The notes below the pieces were generated by a model. It had not been told where the DNA came from, ran no database searches, and worked only from the letters and a program-made list of their open reading frames with translations. Position numbers and translations under genes: made by a program. DNA of 61,715 nucleotides, counting the filler, from Choristocarpus tenellus KU-1152 (lineage: Eukaryota; Protista; Phaeophyceae), in NCBI GenBank assembly GCA_964200185.2. It is 11 parts of 11 records of this genome, joined end to end, with 100 filler letters (N's around TTAATTAATTAA, not from the genome) between each part and the next. Parts side by side here need not be neighbours in the genome. Positions count along the whole stretch, not along the records: positions 22,092 to 28,610 come from CAXNAD020007954.1; positions 28,711 to 31,307 come from CAXNAD020026414.1; positions 31,408 to 36,852 come from CAXNAD020010754.1; positions 36,953 to 39,454 come from CAXNAD020027275.1; 7 more parts are not named here. The stretch is one strand, 5' to 3'. Of the stretch, positions 25,855-37,677 are shown piece by piece; position 1 is the first letter of the stretch; the number at the start of each line of letters is the position of its first letter.

Positions 25855-28055
25855 AGAAGGTCAATGGTATGACCCAATGGAGGATAACTAACCTCCAATA
25901 CTGATCCGGATGGATACGTCACTGCTTACTACACGTTTGGTTCCAACCTGAGAAGGATCAGGGCCTGCCAACTTCCACCAAGGACCATCCTGTGAGTGTT
26001 AATGGTCATTCTGAAGGGGGGGAGGTGAAGGAACAGAGCAGAGAAGTAGACAGTGTTAGGCAGGGGGGTGGTAGAAGAGGTATTAATGAATGATCATATC
26101 TGTATAATCAGAACTGGAAGGAGAAGTTGTGGACTGCATCATCAACATCTTGTACTCCTTCCAGAAGCACACACGACCGAAGTTATTACTGAGAGAGAAG
26201 GACAGTGCCAACAACTTCGCGATTCTTTTACTGGTATTCGTGATCATCTAATGTCTTTCGGATGTGGAGATATTGTTATTGTTAGGTTTTTACGAGACTG
26301 CAACATTTGTCCTTGTTTTGGCAAAATATTACTATTGTGGAAGATCCCAGATTTGTTCTGGTCTTTACCGTCTTAGGTTACTGGCAATGGATGATGTTGA
26401 GTGGTTTCGTGGAATTCAAGGGGTCATAGTATCTGGGGGGGGGTATGGTTGTGAGGGGGCGTCTGTTTCGGTCCTGATGAGGTGTTAACAATTCGGGGAA
26501 TTGCTGTCTTCAGTTGTGGAGGGTTTGTCCTTTTTTTATATATTTTGGAACAAACTGCATTTAGGACCTGCGCTTGGCGCTTGAGTTCGTGTATTCTGTG
26601 TGATTATGGCTTAGGAAAGTTGCCGTTGTGTTCAAAAATTTTAGTTAGGTTGGTTGTTGCCGTTTGCATTAGGTGTGGAAGAGGGTTATCTGTTGTGAAA
26701 ATGTCGCGTTGTGTTTTATGGTGGTAGTATTGAGTATGGGATGTTTCTTCATCTAGTTTATTTGTCCAAGGTTTCTGTCAATGGCTCTTCAGTCCGAGCA
26801 ACGGAAAGAGAGTCGAGGGAGAAGGGTTGTGGGTCGCATACTCCGGGTCATGTCCCTGCACAATTTGGGTGCACTTGGATTGCCACTGTTATTGCGTTAG
26901 ACAATGGGTCGAATTGGTCTTAGCACCATGTCGTATACACGTCGGAGGGTTAGTTTTGTGAGATAGACGGTCATAGTACGGTGTGCATGATCAGGGTTGG
27001 AAGGGTTCTGCGTGCTCCAGAGGACACGGAGTAAGAGAAGACATTATTAACATTTCGGTGTAATGTTTCTGGAATTTAGATATTACATTAGGCAGGGCTA
27101 TAGGACAAACACACGAAAATATTGTATTGTGATGTGTAAGTTATCTCATCCAAGGTTTCATTATGGGGGATGGCAATAAGTATGAGAGAACAATGGCAGA
27201 ACACACCAATCCAAATAAAATCCAGGTTGCCACCAGGCGAAGAAAAACCTGCGTATGAGGACACATGAACACTAATCCTATTAGAATATACCATGTGTAA
27301 AAAAATTCTCCAGGACAACATGCCTGTGAAGGCACGTGTCTGATAGGTGAAGTAGAGGGTGACTAACGAACAGGAATGCCTTGGGTAGCTCCTCAAAGCC
27401 GTGTCTCTTGTCTGCATCGCGGCAGTGTTATACTTGTCTAGAACCAGGCTTGTGTAGGAGTGTCTTGGTCTATACTGTATCGTTCCACAAGAAGCTAGAT
27501 ATTTCGCAAGACGTCATCCTCCCAATTAAACTCGTAGGGGTAGCAGATTCGCTCCTCTCCAACTTTCACTATGTAGTGGGGCTGGCACTTGGTCATGGTC
27601 CCTCGCATCCACTGATCGTCCCACCTGAAGTACAGTCCCCTGCCCTTGGCACTGCATAGAGTGTTTCTCCCCTCATCTAAATCTGGCACAGCCCTCAGTG
27701 TCGGTTCGAGGAGGATATATTTCTCGGTATCCTTCTTGTCCCTACGCTTCTGCTGGCGGCCAACAATTGACTGGCAGCGTTGTCTGAGACACCGGGCTGC
27801 AGCCTCGCCACACCGTCCCTCTTCTTCTTCTCCTGAAGTTGTTCGACACCCTCCTCAATCTTGTCCTCTATCATGTACGACCTCAGTTCAGGGGGCAAAG
27901 AGTTTTCACCATCGTCTCGAAGGTAGGACACAGAGTAGATGTATGCCCCTGAATCGTCTACGTGTACGTCGCTGACCTTCCCCCTGTACGATAGCCCCCC
28001 CACTCGCACATAGGATGAAGCTGGTGCCTCGGCCGAACCTGGCATCGGATGTGCC

Positions 28056-28348
28056 TATTAAAACATAGGCTACTCATCTGTTTGTTCCTTGATACGATAC
28101 ACTTCCACCAGTCAACAATGGCTGTTGTTTGGTCTGTTACGTTCTGGACATTACTTTCACTAGTTCGTCATCACCACATCAACTAAAATCAGAAAACCTT
28201 AGTACAGAACAGTCGCTCCGCGTTCCACACAAATATTACAATATAGTGCAGTGTACGTCACTTGAGTTGCATCACATATTGCTTCAATTTTGTTCTGTTG
28301 TTCTGTTGTTTGTTTTTTCTTTCAATCTTTCATCTTATCAGCAGAAGG
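28056..28348 (+). repeat. ~290-bp dispersed repeat, second copy
   Basis: TTAAAACATAGGCTACTCATCTGTTTGTTCCTTGATACGATACA...CTTATCAGCAGAAG matches 16349-16635 inverted. Confidence 0.78.
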
Positions 28349-28834
28349 TTTTGCTCACGAATTCTGGATTATTATTATTATTATTTTGCACATTCCTATT
28401 TTCTTATTCCTCTATCCTCTATTCCCCATTATTTGATGACCAACCAGTGCGAATGCCCTTCGTCACTGGTTGCCAGCCATCCTTTCAAACACAAGTTCCA
28501 CTCCCCTCAATCCCACAGCAGTTCTCACACCACTCAACATCACTCCACGATCATCCAAGAAGACATCTACCCCGCCGTAACTTGAGCTCCCCTCCCCTTT
28601 CGGGGTGGATNNNNNNNNNNNNNNNNNNNNNNNNNNNNNNNNNNNNNNNNNNNNTTAATTAATTAANNNNNNNNNNNNNNNNNNNNNNNNNNNNNNNNNN
28701 NNNNNNNNNNCCCTGCACAAAAAAAAAACAGAATTCAAATGCAAAATTGATAACCAGAGTCGGAACACGTTAAAGTTCTGGAGGGTTAAGTCTGGAGCTG
28801 GGGATGGTTGAGATCATGCATACTCATACAGCAC

Positions 28835-30109
28835 CTTGTTGAGGTCCTCAACCACGGTGACGTGCCCCTCCATGATGTCATACATGCCCACCATGGATGA
28901 AACGACCCTTGTTGCACGGGCATCCAGCACCATAACCCTCCAAACACCATCACCCACCTCTCCCCCTCCCCCTCCAGCAAGCACCACATCCTTCAGCAAG
29001 ACCTGCCGCACTGTCTCCCGAAGCGACACAGATGGAATTCCGCCCCTGACACCCCTGTTTGGGCTCAGTCTTCCATGGATACCTTTATAGCCACCTGATA
29101 CCGGTCTTTTCGAAATTGCGTGAAAGAATTGCCAAACTCAGTTTAGTGATATTACCTTCCCTGAAGTTTACTTTGAACTCTAAAAATCTAGTGAAACATT
29201 GACGCTCTCAAAACCTGAAGATAGTGTGAAAACTTGGCATGATAACAGAATACTATGATGATATTTGAAACAACTTCAAGGGTTTGCCTCGTGATAGCGA
29301 CGTGATATGGTGCTTCCAATTTATATTGTAAGGTCGGAACGCAGTACGCATTAGCTGCGTCGTAGGTAGATTTGCAACTCTGTGTGAGTGAAACAAACGA
29401 GTGTATTTCGACCAAAACAAAGAGAGGTGACGCAAGCACTGCAAGCACTGCAAGCACAACAGCTTAATCACGTGGGTTCGTCCAACGCACTGCGTAAGAA
29501 TTATGGTACTTCATTGCAAAGTCCCTCCAGTAAAGAGATGCTCCCAAATTAGTTTAATGTTAGGTTAATCCGAGGTCCTTAACAAAGACATTACACAACC
29601 TCACTCAAACAGAATTCATGACAACACATCAAAGGCTCACAAATTATGCCTGAATTACATAGAACTATAGAGCATACCTTACTCCCCCCTGACCTCCACT
29701 CAAAACATATGTTCCTTTACTGGAAGGTGGAGGTGACTTCCGAGTAGGTCCGCGAACAGACGCTGGTGGCGATGACCGTACAGAGGTTGGTGGTGATCGA
29801 CGTTCTAGGGACATTGATACGGCGCCAAAACAGAGCGGAATATTGAAGAGATGATCATATCGAATGGATCGATGGAAATGAAAAGAAATTATCTCGTGGA
29901 AAAGGGAGCGGAGCAAAGGGTGGACCAAGTATACCTGGTTGTCTCGAGTCGGTCACAGCTGCTGGAGATGGTCGCGTAGGCAACGCAGGAGGAGGGGAGT
30001 TAGGACGCGCGGTGGCTGCACGAACAGGGACAGGAAGGCTTTCAGCGGTAGGAGTAGAGGAAGGGGAAGCTCTAGTCCTACTACCTCTTGGTTTTCGCAC
30101 GCTTGCCAT
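28835..30109 (-). CDS. Sec1/Munc18 (SM) family protein, 5' exons
   Basis: Exon about 29094-28835 encodes SLRETVRQVLLKDVV...WRVMVLDARATRVVSSMVGMYDIMEGHVTVVEDLNK, a typical SM N-terminus; two upstream S/P/R-rich exons from ATG 30109 (second donor uncertain). Confidence 0.85.
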
Positions 30110-30573
30110 ACTTTACGTGGTGTTCTCTGTTCAATTTATAGATTGTTGCAGAGACTGTGGTTTGATGAGATTTGGTTAGAAAGTTTGGGTTCCTTTTTCC
30201 TTTTTACGATACGATCTAGTAGCATTATTATTGTGCTATCTTACCATAATATAATACATACATACTACCTACTACCACTACTACTACTATACATATTTTT
30301 TATTGGTGATTTGGGAATGGGGAGGGGATCACGCCCTATGACGTCATAGGCACTCTTCTTAGCAGAACAGATCAACACACATGTTCTAATTTTGACTACA
30401 ATTTTCGAAATATCCGAAGTTCACTATCACGCAATACCACTACTACTGTATAGATCGTACCTCTATCCTTCCTAGCTCATATTTTCCTAGAAAAATAAAG
30501 GACAGAACGGGGTGTATTCCCTCACGCATCTGGAAAATATCACAGCGCATATACTATGATAAAGAAAGAGGTA

Positions 30574-30831
30574 GAGTCAAAGTATTTTGGAGGGTACAGT
30601 CGCGTCCATTTGGGGGCCAAAATCTAACGTTGCAATTTTGATGTAATTTTGGCGATCATGTTTGTTAGGAAGTGTCAATATCCTTATTCTGGACACACTT
30701 TTCATAACATACACATTTTACCTACTACAAAATATTTTGCAGTAGGTAAAATGTCGTTAAAAACCCGTGGGAAGCCAAGCCCCAAATGGACAAACAGGGA
30801 AAAACTCGTACCCTCTAAGATACTTTCATTC
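30574..30831 (+). mobile_element. MITE family A
   Basis: 4-bp TSD GGTA. Confidence 0.93.
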
Positions 30832-31079
30832 GGTAGCAGGACTTCATCATTGCCCAACAATTGCACCGAAGTGGGTCCAACTCAGGACTAAAGGAAAGAG
30901 GGGGAGTGATGAGCAGTGCGATGACCCAAACCCATACTTCTCAAACGTTTTGTTGTCGTCTTGTCCTTCTCCATCGTATTCGTCGCACGTTCTCCTACCC
31001 CTCTCTTATTTTTCAGTGGTCTAACGGTTCGACATACTGTAATGAAGATCACGGTATTTTCAACGCTGTTGTGGTTAAG

Positions 31080-31250
31080 ATGCGTTTTAAGCTGAGATGG
31101 GCAAGGAGGGGCGTGTTAGATTTTTGGGATGCTTCCCTAGCTCCTCACCCTGAGGTGCAGGAATAGGTAGGTTAGAGACACAGGAAGACAGTGGTACAAA
31201 ATAATAAACTAGTAAATGAATATTTTTAACATTTGTGATGTGGAAAGCAT
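31080..31250 (-). repeat. Family C repeat fragment
   Basis: Reverse complement of about 34845-35000 (GAGCTAGGGAAGCAYCCCAARAATCTAACA). Confidence 0.7.
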
Positions 31251-32076
31251 GTTTGTCTGTTATTATATTGTTATTGCCGTATGCCATATACCGTTATACC
31301 ATGGTACNNNNNNNNNNNNNNNNNNNNNNNNNNNNNNNNNNNNNNNNNNNNTTAATTAATTAANNNNNNNNNNNNNNNNNNNNNNNNNNNNNNNNNNNNN
31401 NNNNNNNCTGACACCGTACGAGGTTATCATCTGTGGACCCCCCTTGTAGCGTCATTTTGAGGCCGTTGGATTTGAGTTGTACATCCTGGAAGGTGACTCA
31501 TTCAAATCTTCAGCCTATATTTACCGAACTCTGTCCTCTCAGATACAAGCCATGATATTGTGCGTGGTTGTGGGGAAAGAGTGACATCTGAAGGAATTAA
31601 ATAATTTTTGGTGCTGCTCGTAGCATGTGTTGTGTGGGACCTGATGTATACGATTCAACCTATCATAGAAGAAATCAACATAAGATTGAAGGACTTGATT
31701 AGCTGCATTTGTTGATGTTTTATGTTAAAGATTGCCACGAAGATCCAATGAGCCTTTCTTAATGATGCAAGTACATCCATGAGTGTGTCTATGTTCTCCG
31801 GATCAAGAGCTTACATTTTAGCACTACTTTTGAATGTGTATATTTAGGAAACCCTCACTTGACCGAACGTATGGTACATAAATTTATTATATTATATCCC
31901 GAGCACTTCCTTTCTTCTGTGGTCCTACTTGTCCTCATGTTTACCGGCAACTACATTCTGACTGACCTCAACTCTGGAATGTCATTCGAGATGACTTTCA
32001 GTTAATTTTCTGATTAACTCTTAATAGATAATAGAGTTTGATAAATAAATTTCAATAATCATAGATGTAACCCGAA

Positions 32077-32149
32077 GCCGGGGTAGCTCAGTCGGTAGAG
32101 CGTACGACTCTTAATCGTATGGTCGTGGGTTCGAGCCCCACCTTCGGTG
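32077..32149 (+). tRNA. tRNA-Lys, anticodon CUU
   Basis: 73-nt cloverleaf: D arm GCTC/GAGC, anticodon arm TACGA-CTCTTAA-TCGTA, T arm GTGGG-TTCGAGC-CCCAC; TTTT 7 nt downstream. Confidence 0.95.
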
Positions 32150-32214
32150 ACAATGTTTTAACCCATATTTTACGAAGTCTTTCTTTCAGTTGTACTTGTC
32201 GAAACAGTTAGATT

Positions 32215-32385
32215 GGAGAGGTACAGGAAGGCAGTGATGCAGCATAGCTGGCACTAAAATAGTAAATAGATTAACGTCTTTCACATTTACGACAACTAAC
32301 TTTTACTTTTTTAGGGGTTGTTCTGACATATGAATAGTTTTCAGTGGTTTTTCCCATGACACATCTACGAAACGTCACATAGTAA
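32215..32385 (-). repeat. Family C terminus, inverted
   Basis: Reverse complement of about 34730-34900. Confidence 0.72.
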
Positions 32386-32589
32386 ACACATTGTAACATA
32401 CATCAGTGCAATGTGGAAAAGTTGACTGGGCATAATAATAAAATAATCGCTATGGTACCATACTGTGGAATTTCCTTGAATACTAATAAAAAGTTCAACA
32501 AAAATCGTTCCATACCGTTCGTAAACATGACTTACCGTATAATGCCATACAGCACTTTTAAAATCTGTTGCCATACTATTTTATTATTA

Positions 32590-32910
32590 TGCCCTCTGAC
32601 ATTTTGCAGATGTGTCAGGGAGGAAACCAATGAAAACTATACATATGTCATTATTAGCCCTAAAGAAAGAAAATAACCTAAACATAAGAACACTATAAAA
32701 CATTGTGAGTGTGGAAAACACTAATCAGTTACTTCCCCAATATAAAATATTGTACTACTGTCGTCCTTTGCTTCCCATCTACCTACTCCTGTGCCCCGGG
32801 GGGGAAAGCTAGGGAGGCATCCCAAGAATCCAACAGACCCCTCCGTGTCGATCTCCCTGGTGACTCTAGTTTGAAGCGCATGACACGTCGAGACAATGCC
32901 ACTTGCGTAG
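32590..32910 (+). mobile_element. Family C element end (shares terminus with the Tc1-like element)
   Basis: TA|TGCCCTCTGACATTTTGCAGATGTGTCAGGG, as at 34730 and 41915. Confidence 0.7.
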
Positions 32911-34729
32911 TGAAAACCATATTGTGTGGACGGGTGCATATAAAAAAAATTATCATACGAGTCTGCCCATGTAGCTCACATGATTTTTCACCTGCACTCT
33001 GTCACAGGAGTGCCCGTGATTGAAGCTTGGTTGCAGAACCCACATTTTCTTCACAGGAAATTCGACTTCAGTGGATCACCTAGCAAGTGCGTTGCGAAGG
33101 TACACCTGTACCATGCTATCCTGCCCGAAACCACATAAAGGAGTGCGCAGAAGGTCTGGATGGTGGTGGTGAAGATTCACTGGACATGGAAGGATTATGC
33201 ACCAGATTTGAGGGATGAGATGGTTGGACAATCGGTGGGACAGTTGAACCCAATGCACGAGAAAAGATCAAGGCGTGTACAATTGGATAACAGTGAAACA
33301 GGTAGTTTGTACGGAAGAAGAAATCTTGCAGTGTGTATTGTCATGTCACCACGAGTCAAGGGGCTAGGTAGGGTGGAGGTAATGATGGAGAAGTTCCGGA
33401 CCTAAAAGTGTGAAAATAAAAAAGCAACATATAAGTACGTTTTACTGATATTATACACAGTAGAATCTATAAACTGTTTACTACAACTTTTTTTTCCAAT
33501 AATGTGTACAATAGGTTAATATTTGATATTATATGTATTTATTATTTTCTGAGGATGGTATTGTTATAGATGATCATACCATACCCTGCGCCTTCACACT
33601 GCACGATCGCACAATCGAACCGAAAGGACACAACTGTACCTGTACATTACGAATGAGAACCTTCCTTTGTCATAACACCTTCATTTTGTGCAGTACAATA
33701 CATTTAGATGGACAGATAGTGCTACAGCACGCTCCAGGAGAGGTAACCTCCACAGGAAGAATAGCTCCAATGTACAGACCTATAGATGATACTGATGTAC
33801 GTATAGGACTCCTGATGCACAAGTCGTCAAGTATGCAGGATCTCTCACTTGGATTATCATCACTATCATCGTATAAAAAAGGAACTAGTCCACGATGTCT
33901 TATAACAATCGGGGACCATAATGACCAAATAATAAATAAATAGTCAAGAAGTCCAAATATATCAAATCTAGGACTTCAAGGTCATAATGGTGTTTATGAA
34001 ACCGCGATTGAGACATATCGCCTGTAACAATAGGTGCCTTTAGTGATGGAGGCGAATGGGGATATGTCAAGGGCGAAGAAAAGGAAGATTGATGAAGAAG
34101 AGGGAGAGATCGCCTCTTCGTCAGAGGATCCTCAAATGCTCCAAGGAAACTGAGAGTGCAGAGTCTTCTGAAATTGGCAGCATGGCCTCAGGGTCAGAGA
34201 GGCTAACTTTGAATTCTCCTAAACTTAGTTTCAGGGAGCAGCGTAGCGACTGTGACAGTTACTGAGACCACCAAACTAGGGAAGTCTGCCAGGAGATCAG
34301 TATTGGTGTGGAAGTGTTTTTTCCAGAGTTCATCCCCTCAAGGGGAACCACGAGGTGTGCCGTATTGGTCTCCTTTGCGTAATGAGTCATTTTTGCTGGA
34401 TAAATGTAGATGCCAACATCAAGTGGGGAACCGACCGCGAGGATGTCATGAGAGGGGGCTCCCAGGGTGTGTGGGTTGTTCACGCGTGCAGAAACCAGAA
34501 CCACCATGGAAAACTTTGGAACCAATGTACCTTCCATACAGTACCGTCTGAATGTCAAGATACCGTGGGAAATGGTGAAATTATCGTACGTAATCGTATT
34601 TTTTCGGAAATTACCATTACCATTATTTAACGGTATATACTTGACCGTACTGGACAGTGCATTTTTCAAAATCACCGTTACCATGCTGTATGATATATTT
34701 TGCGGGATATGTTGTATATATTATCATTA

Positions 34730-35030
34730 TGCCATCTGACATTGTGCAGATGTGTCAGGGGAAAAAACAAAGAAAACTATTCACATGTCAGAAAAGCCCC
34801 TAAAAACGTAACAGTTGCCGGAAAGTGTGATAGACATAATCCTATTTACTATTTTACTCACAGATTGCTGTACCACTGCCTTCCTGTGCCTCCAACCTAG
34901 CTTAGCCCTGCATCCCAGTGCGAGGAGCTAGGGAAGCACCCCAAGAATCTAACAAGTCCCTCCTTGCCAACCTCCCTTGTGTCCCCAGCTTAAAATGCAT
35001 GACACGCCGAAATACTACTTGCGTTGTGAC
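34730..35030 (+). mobile_element. Family C element end
   Basis: TA|TGCCATCTGACATTGTGCAGATGTGTCAGGG; collinear with 32590-32910 and for ~125 bp with 41915-42040. Confidence 0.72.
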
Positions 35031-35339
35031 CGAGTCTATCTGTTGTAGACGGGATTTAACAGCCCCTTTCCTGCTGTAGCCTCCTGTCCCTCACCCCCCT
35101 ACCGTGCATGTAGCTATCTCATTCAGCAAAATTTCCTCTTGCTTACCGAGGCGCCCAAAACTTTCCACCCTGAAGGCGCTGAGGTTTATACGTTGTATAT
35201 ATTCCGCATCGCATCGTATAGTATCGTATCGTATAGTATAGTATAATATCGTATCGTAATATTTCCAAAATCCCCATTACTGTACCGTACAATGAATGGG
35301 CTTCACGTTTGACCTTACCAAGCAGTACCGTTTCCAAAA

Positions 35340-35598
35340 GAGTCAAAGTATCTTAGAGGGTAGGGCCACGTCCATTTGGGGGCCGAAACCTAATGTTGCG
35401 ATTTTGATGTAATTTCGGCTATCATGTTTGTTAGGAAGTGCCAATATCCTTGTTCCGGACACACCTTTTCATAACACACACATTTTTCCTACTCCGAAAT
35501 GTTTCGGAGTAGGAAAATGCTATAAAAAAACCCGTGGGAAGCCAAGTCCCAAATGGACAAACTGGGCAAAACTCGTATCCTCTAAGATACTTTAACTC
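35340..35598 (+). mobile_element. MITE family A
   Basis: Both TIRs; flanks AAA/AAA. Confidence 0.92.
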
Positions 35599-36751
35599 AA
35601 ATTCCCGTTACCGGACGGACCGAAGTGTGAAAATCACTACTATGACAAGCCTTGATCGATATATAAGATAGTACCAGATTTTCATTAATGAGCACATTAT
35701 TTACGAGGTTACCCAATAAATAAACCCTCAACAAAGCCTGACTTAGTTTACACCTGTTCTACGCCGCCAGGTTCGGAGTTACAAGAAATGCCCTCCCAAT
35801 GTGGCATTTTCCCCCCTGCAAATTGTTTGAACTGATGATATACAGATATTTTTACTCGCACTACCTCGGTGGTCCCATGTCCGTGATCCAAAGGTAGGCA
35901 GAGAAAAAGCAACACGAAGTAATGCTTGAGGAAAATATATATATTATTATATATAAGAATGAAATAGAGAAAACAGCAAAAGGAGAAGTTAGAGGAAGAA
36001 CTCATTTTTGGTACGAAGTTAAACCCACATGCGATGTTCTAAACCCCAGTGCTTGGGAAAGGAGTCAATAGTGTTGTCATACACCGCCAGGAAAGGAGGA
36101 AACAGAAAAGAAACTCGGGGTTACACCAGATCCTTCCAATCTTGGATCCAACACAACGCCGCGCTCACTCATCACGCATCACACGAACGAAAGAGATAAT
36201 TCGGATATTGGTTCAAAAAACTGTTGAACGAGTATTTTTCAGGGGTCTTCACCAGGCCAGGCAGATAACATGCCCACCGTGAGGGCCATCGTCGCAGGTG
36301 GGACAGGTGATTGGCGTATGCATTGCTACCCACACTCCTACCAGCTCTAGTAGCAAGTATGTGTCCGCGAAAGAGCAGGTTCAAGTCACCGTAGTTTCAG
36401 TGTAGAAATTGTAATCTGAGAATAGATCGACTGTTTCCGGGTGTATTGCGGCTTCTGATTACTAATGGCGTTTTGGGTTACCCTTCTGGTTGCCATGTCC
36501 ACGATTGTGGTATGCTTTCAGTTGTACATCTAACTTGAAAATGGCTATGTGTTTATCCTGGTTGCGGTCTGATCACTCATATTGCTCGGTTGTCAGACAC
36601 CTAACCATCTCAGAGGCACCGTCTTCAAGTCTCACTATCAGCCTACAGGGTTGATTAGACGTTGGAGCGAGGTTCTGACTACGTGCATGAACACACAATT
36701 TTGTAACATGGGTCAGCCTGTGATCCAACTATGTTGAAGCAGTTGGTGACT

Positions 36752-36852
36752 GAGTGAAAGTATCTTAGAGGGTACGAGTTTTGGCTCAAAGTATCTGGGA
36801 GGGGGTGGCGGCTGTCCATTTGGAGTCAATTTTTGTATGTCGCGATTTTTGG
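36752..36852. mobile_element. Family A TIR interrupted by a family B end
   Basis: GAGTGAAAGTATCTTAGAGGGTACGAGTTTT then GGCTCAAAGTATCTGGGAGGGGG at 36783. Confidence 0.8.
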
Positions 36853-37309
36853 NNNNNNNNNNNNNNNNNNNNNNNNNNNNNNNNNNNNNNNNNNNNTTAA
36901 TTAATTAANNNNNNNNNNNNNNNNNNNNNNNNNNNNNNNNNNNNNNNNNNNNTTGGCGCAGATTGCGGGGTTATAAAGGTCCAGAAAAAAAGATTTTTGT
37001 TCGCGAAACCGCCCCCCCCCCCCCCCCCCAGATGCTTTGACCCCTCAATCTACGATGCTGTCTCCACAGGCTGAGCGTGCCAAAAGATTGTAATGTGTCT
37101 GCTCGAGGTATCTGTACCTGGGTCCACTACAAAGTGCACAGCCGTACTCGCGTGGGGCAAGACAAACACTTGCCATGGCAATAAGAGACTCTGACTAACT
37201 CAACAAATAAGTTCACCTAAGCACAAAATCGATAGATCGCCCAAGAGTATGTAGAGCAGCTTAGAACAACCCGTGGCCTTGAGAGCTCTACCGCTTCCTT
37301 CCAAACCTT

Positions 37310-37354
37310 GAAGGTAGGATTGACGAAGGTAGGATTGACAAAGGTAGGATTGAC
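37310..37354 (+). repeat. 3 x 15-bp tandem repeat
   Basis: RAAGGTAGGATTGAC three times, downstream of the RNase Z exon donor. Confidence 0.85.
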
Positions 37355-37531
37355 CTGTCAGTCAAATCGCTCACCACCTTCAGAGACACCTTGCAACACC
37401 TCCAAAAAAGGGAGACCATATTGGACACCAAAAGTAGTGGCATTATTAATTGCGGAAGTCTCCCAAAGTCGCAACATGTTCTCCCCTACGCACACTGCCA
37501 CCCTTGCCCCCCCCGCCCTTTCCTCACTTAC

Positions 37532-37677
37532 CTGTATCTGTGTGCCTTCCCCCGCATCAAACAGAAATACCTCTCCCTCTGAGCGGAGGCCAACAGAAGA
37601 AACGGCCCTGGACACAGTGGGGATGCATGATGCTGTTCCCAGGAAGATGAGGTGCATGGGCGAGCCAGGCATTTTCT
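37532..37677 (-). CDS. Ribonuclease Z (tRNase Z, metallo-beta-lactamase fold) exon
   Basis: MHLIFLGTASCIPTVSRAVSSVGLRSEGEVFLFDAGEGTQIQ followed by GTAAGT donor; PxxxR loop and motif I. HxHxDH exon not found in this contig. Confidence 0.88.

Larger units (their letters stand above)
22092..28050. pseudogene. Decayed unclassified element with coding relics
   Basis: Many broken ORFs; 22092-22250 matches 14145-14270 inverted; 25060-25140 matches 33700-33790 and, inverted, 31460-31500; Tudor-like peptides at 27495-28045. Confidence 0.45.

Noticed and set aside
36049-36720. Possible tyrosine recombinase relic
   Set aside because: No H-x-x-R/Y catalytic pattern found in the frames examined.
32077-37677. 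Functional link between tRNA-Lys and RNase Z
   Set aside because: Different contigs separated by a linker.
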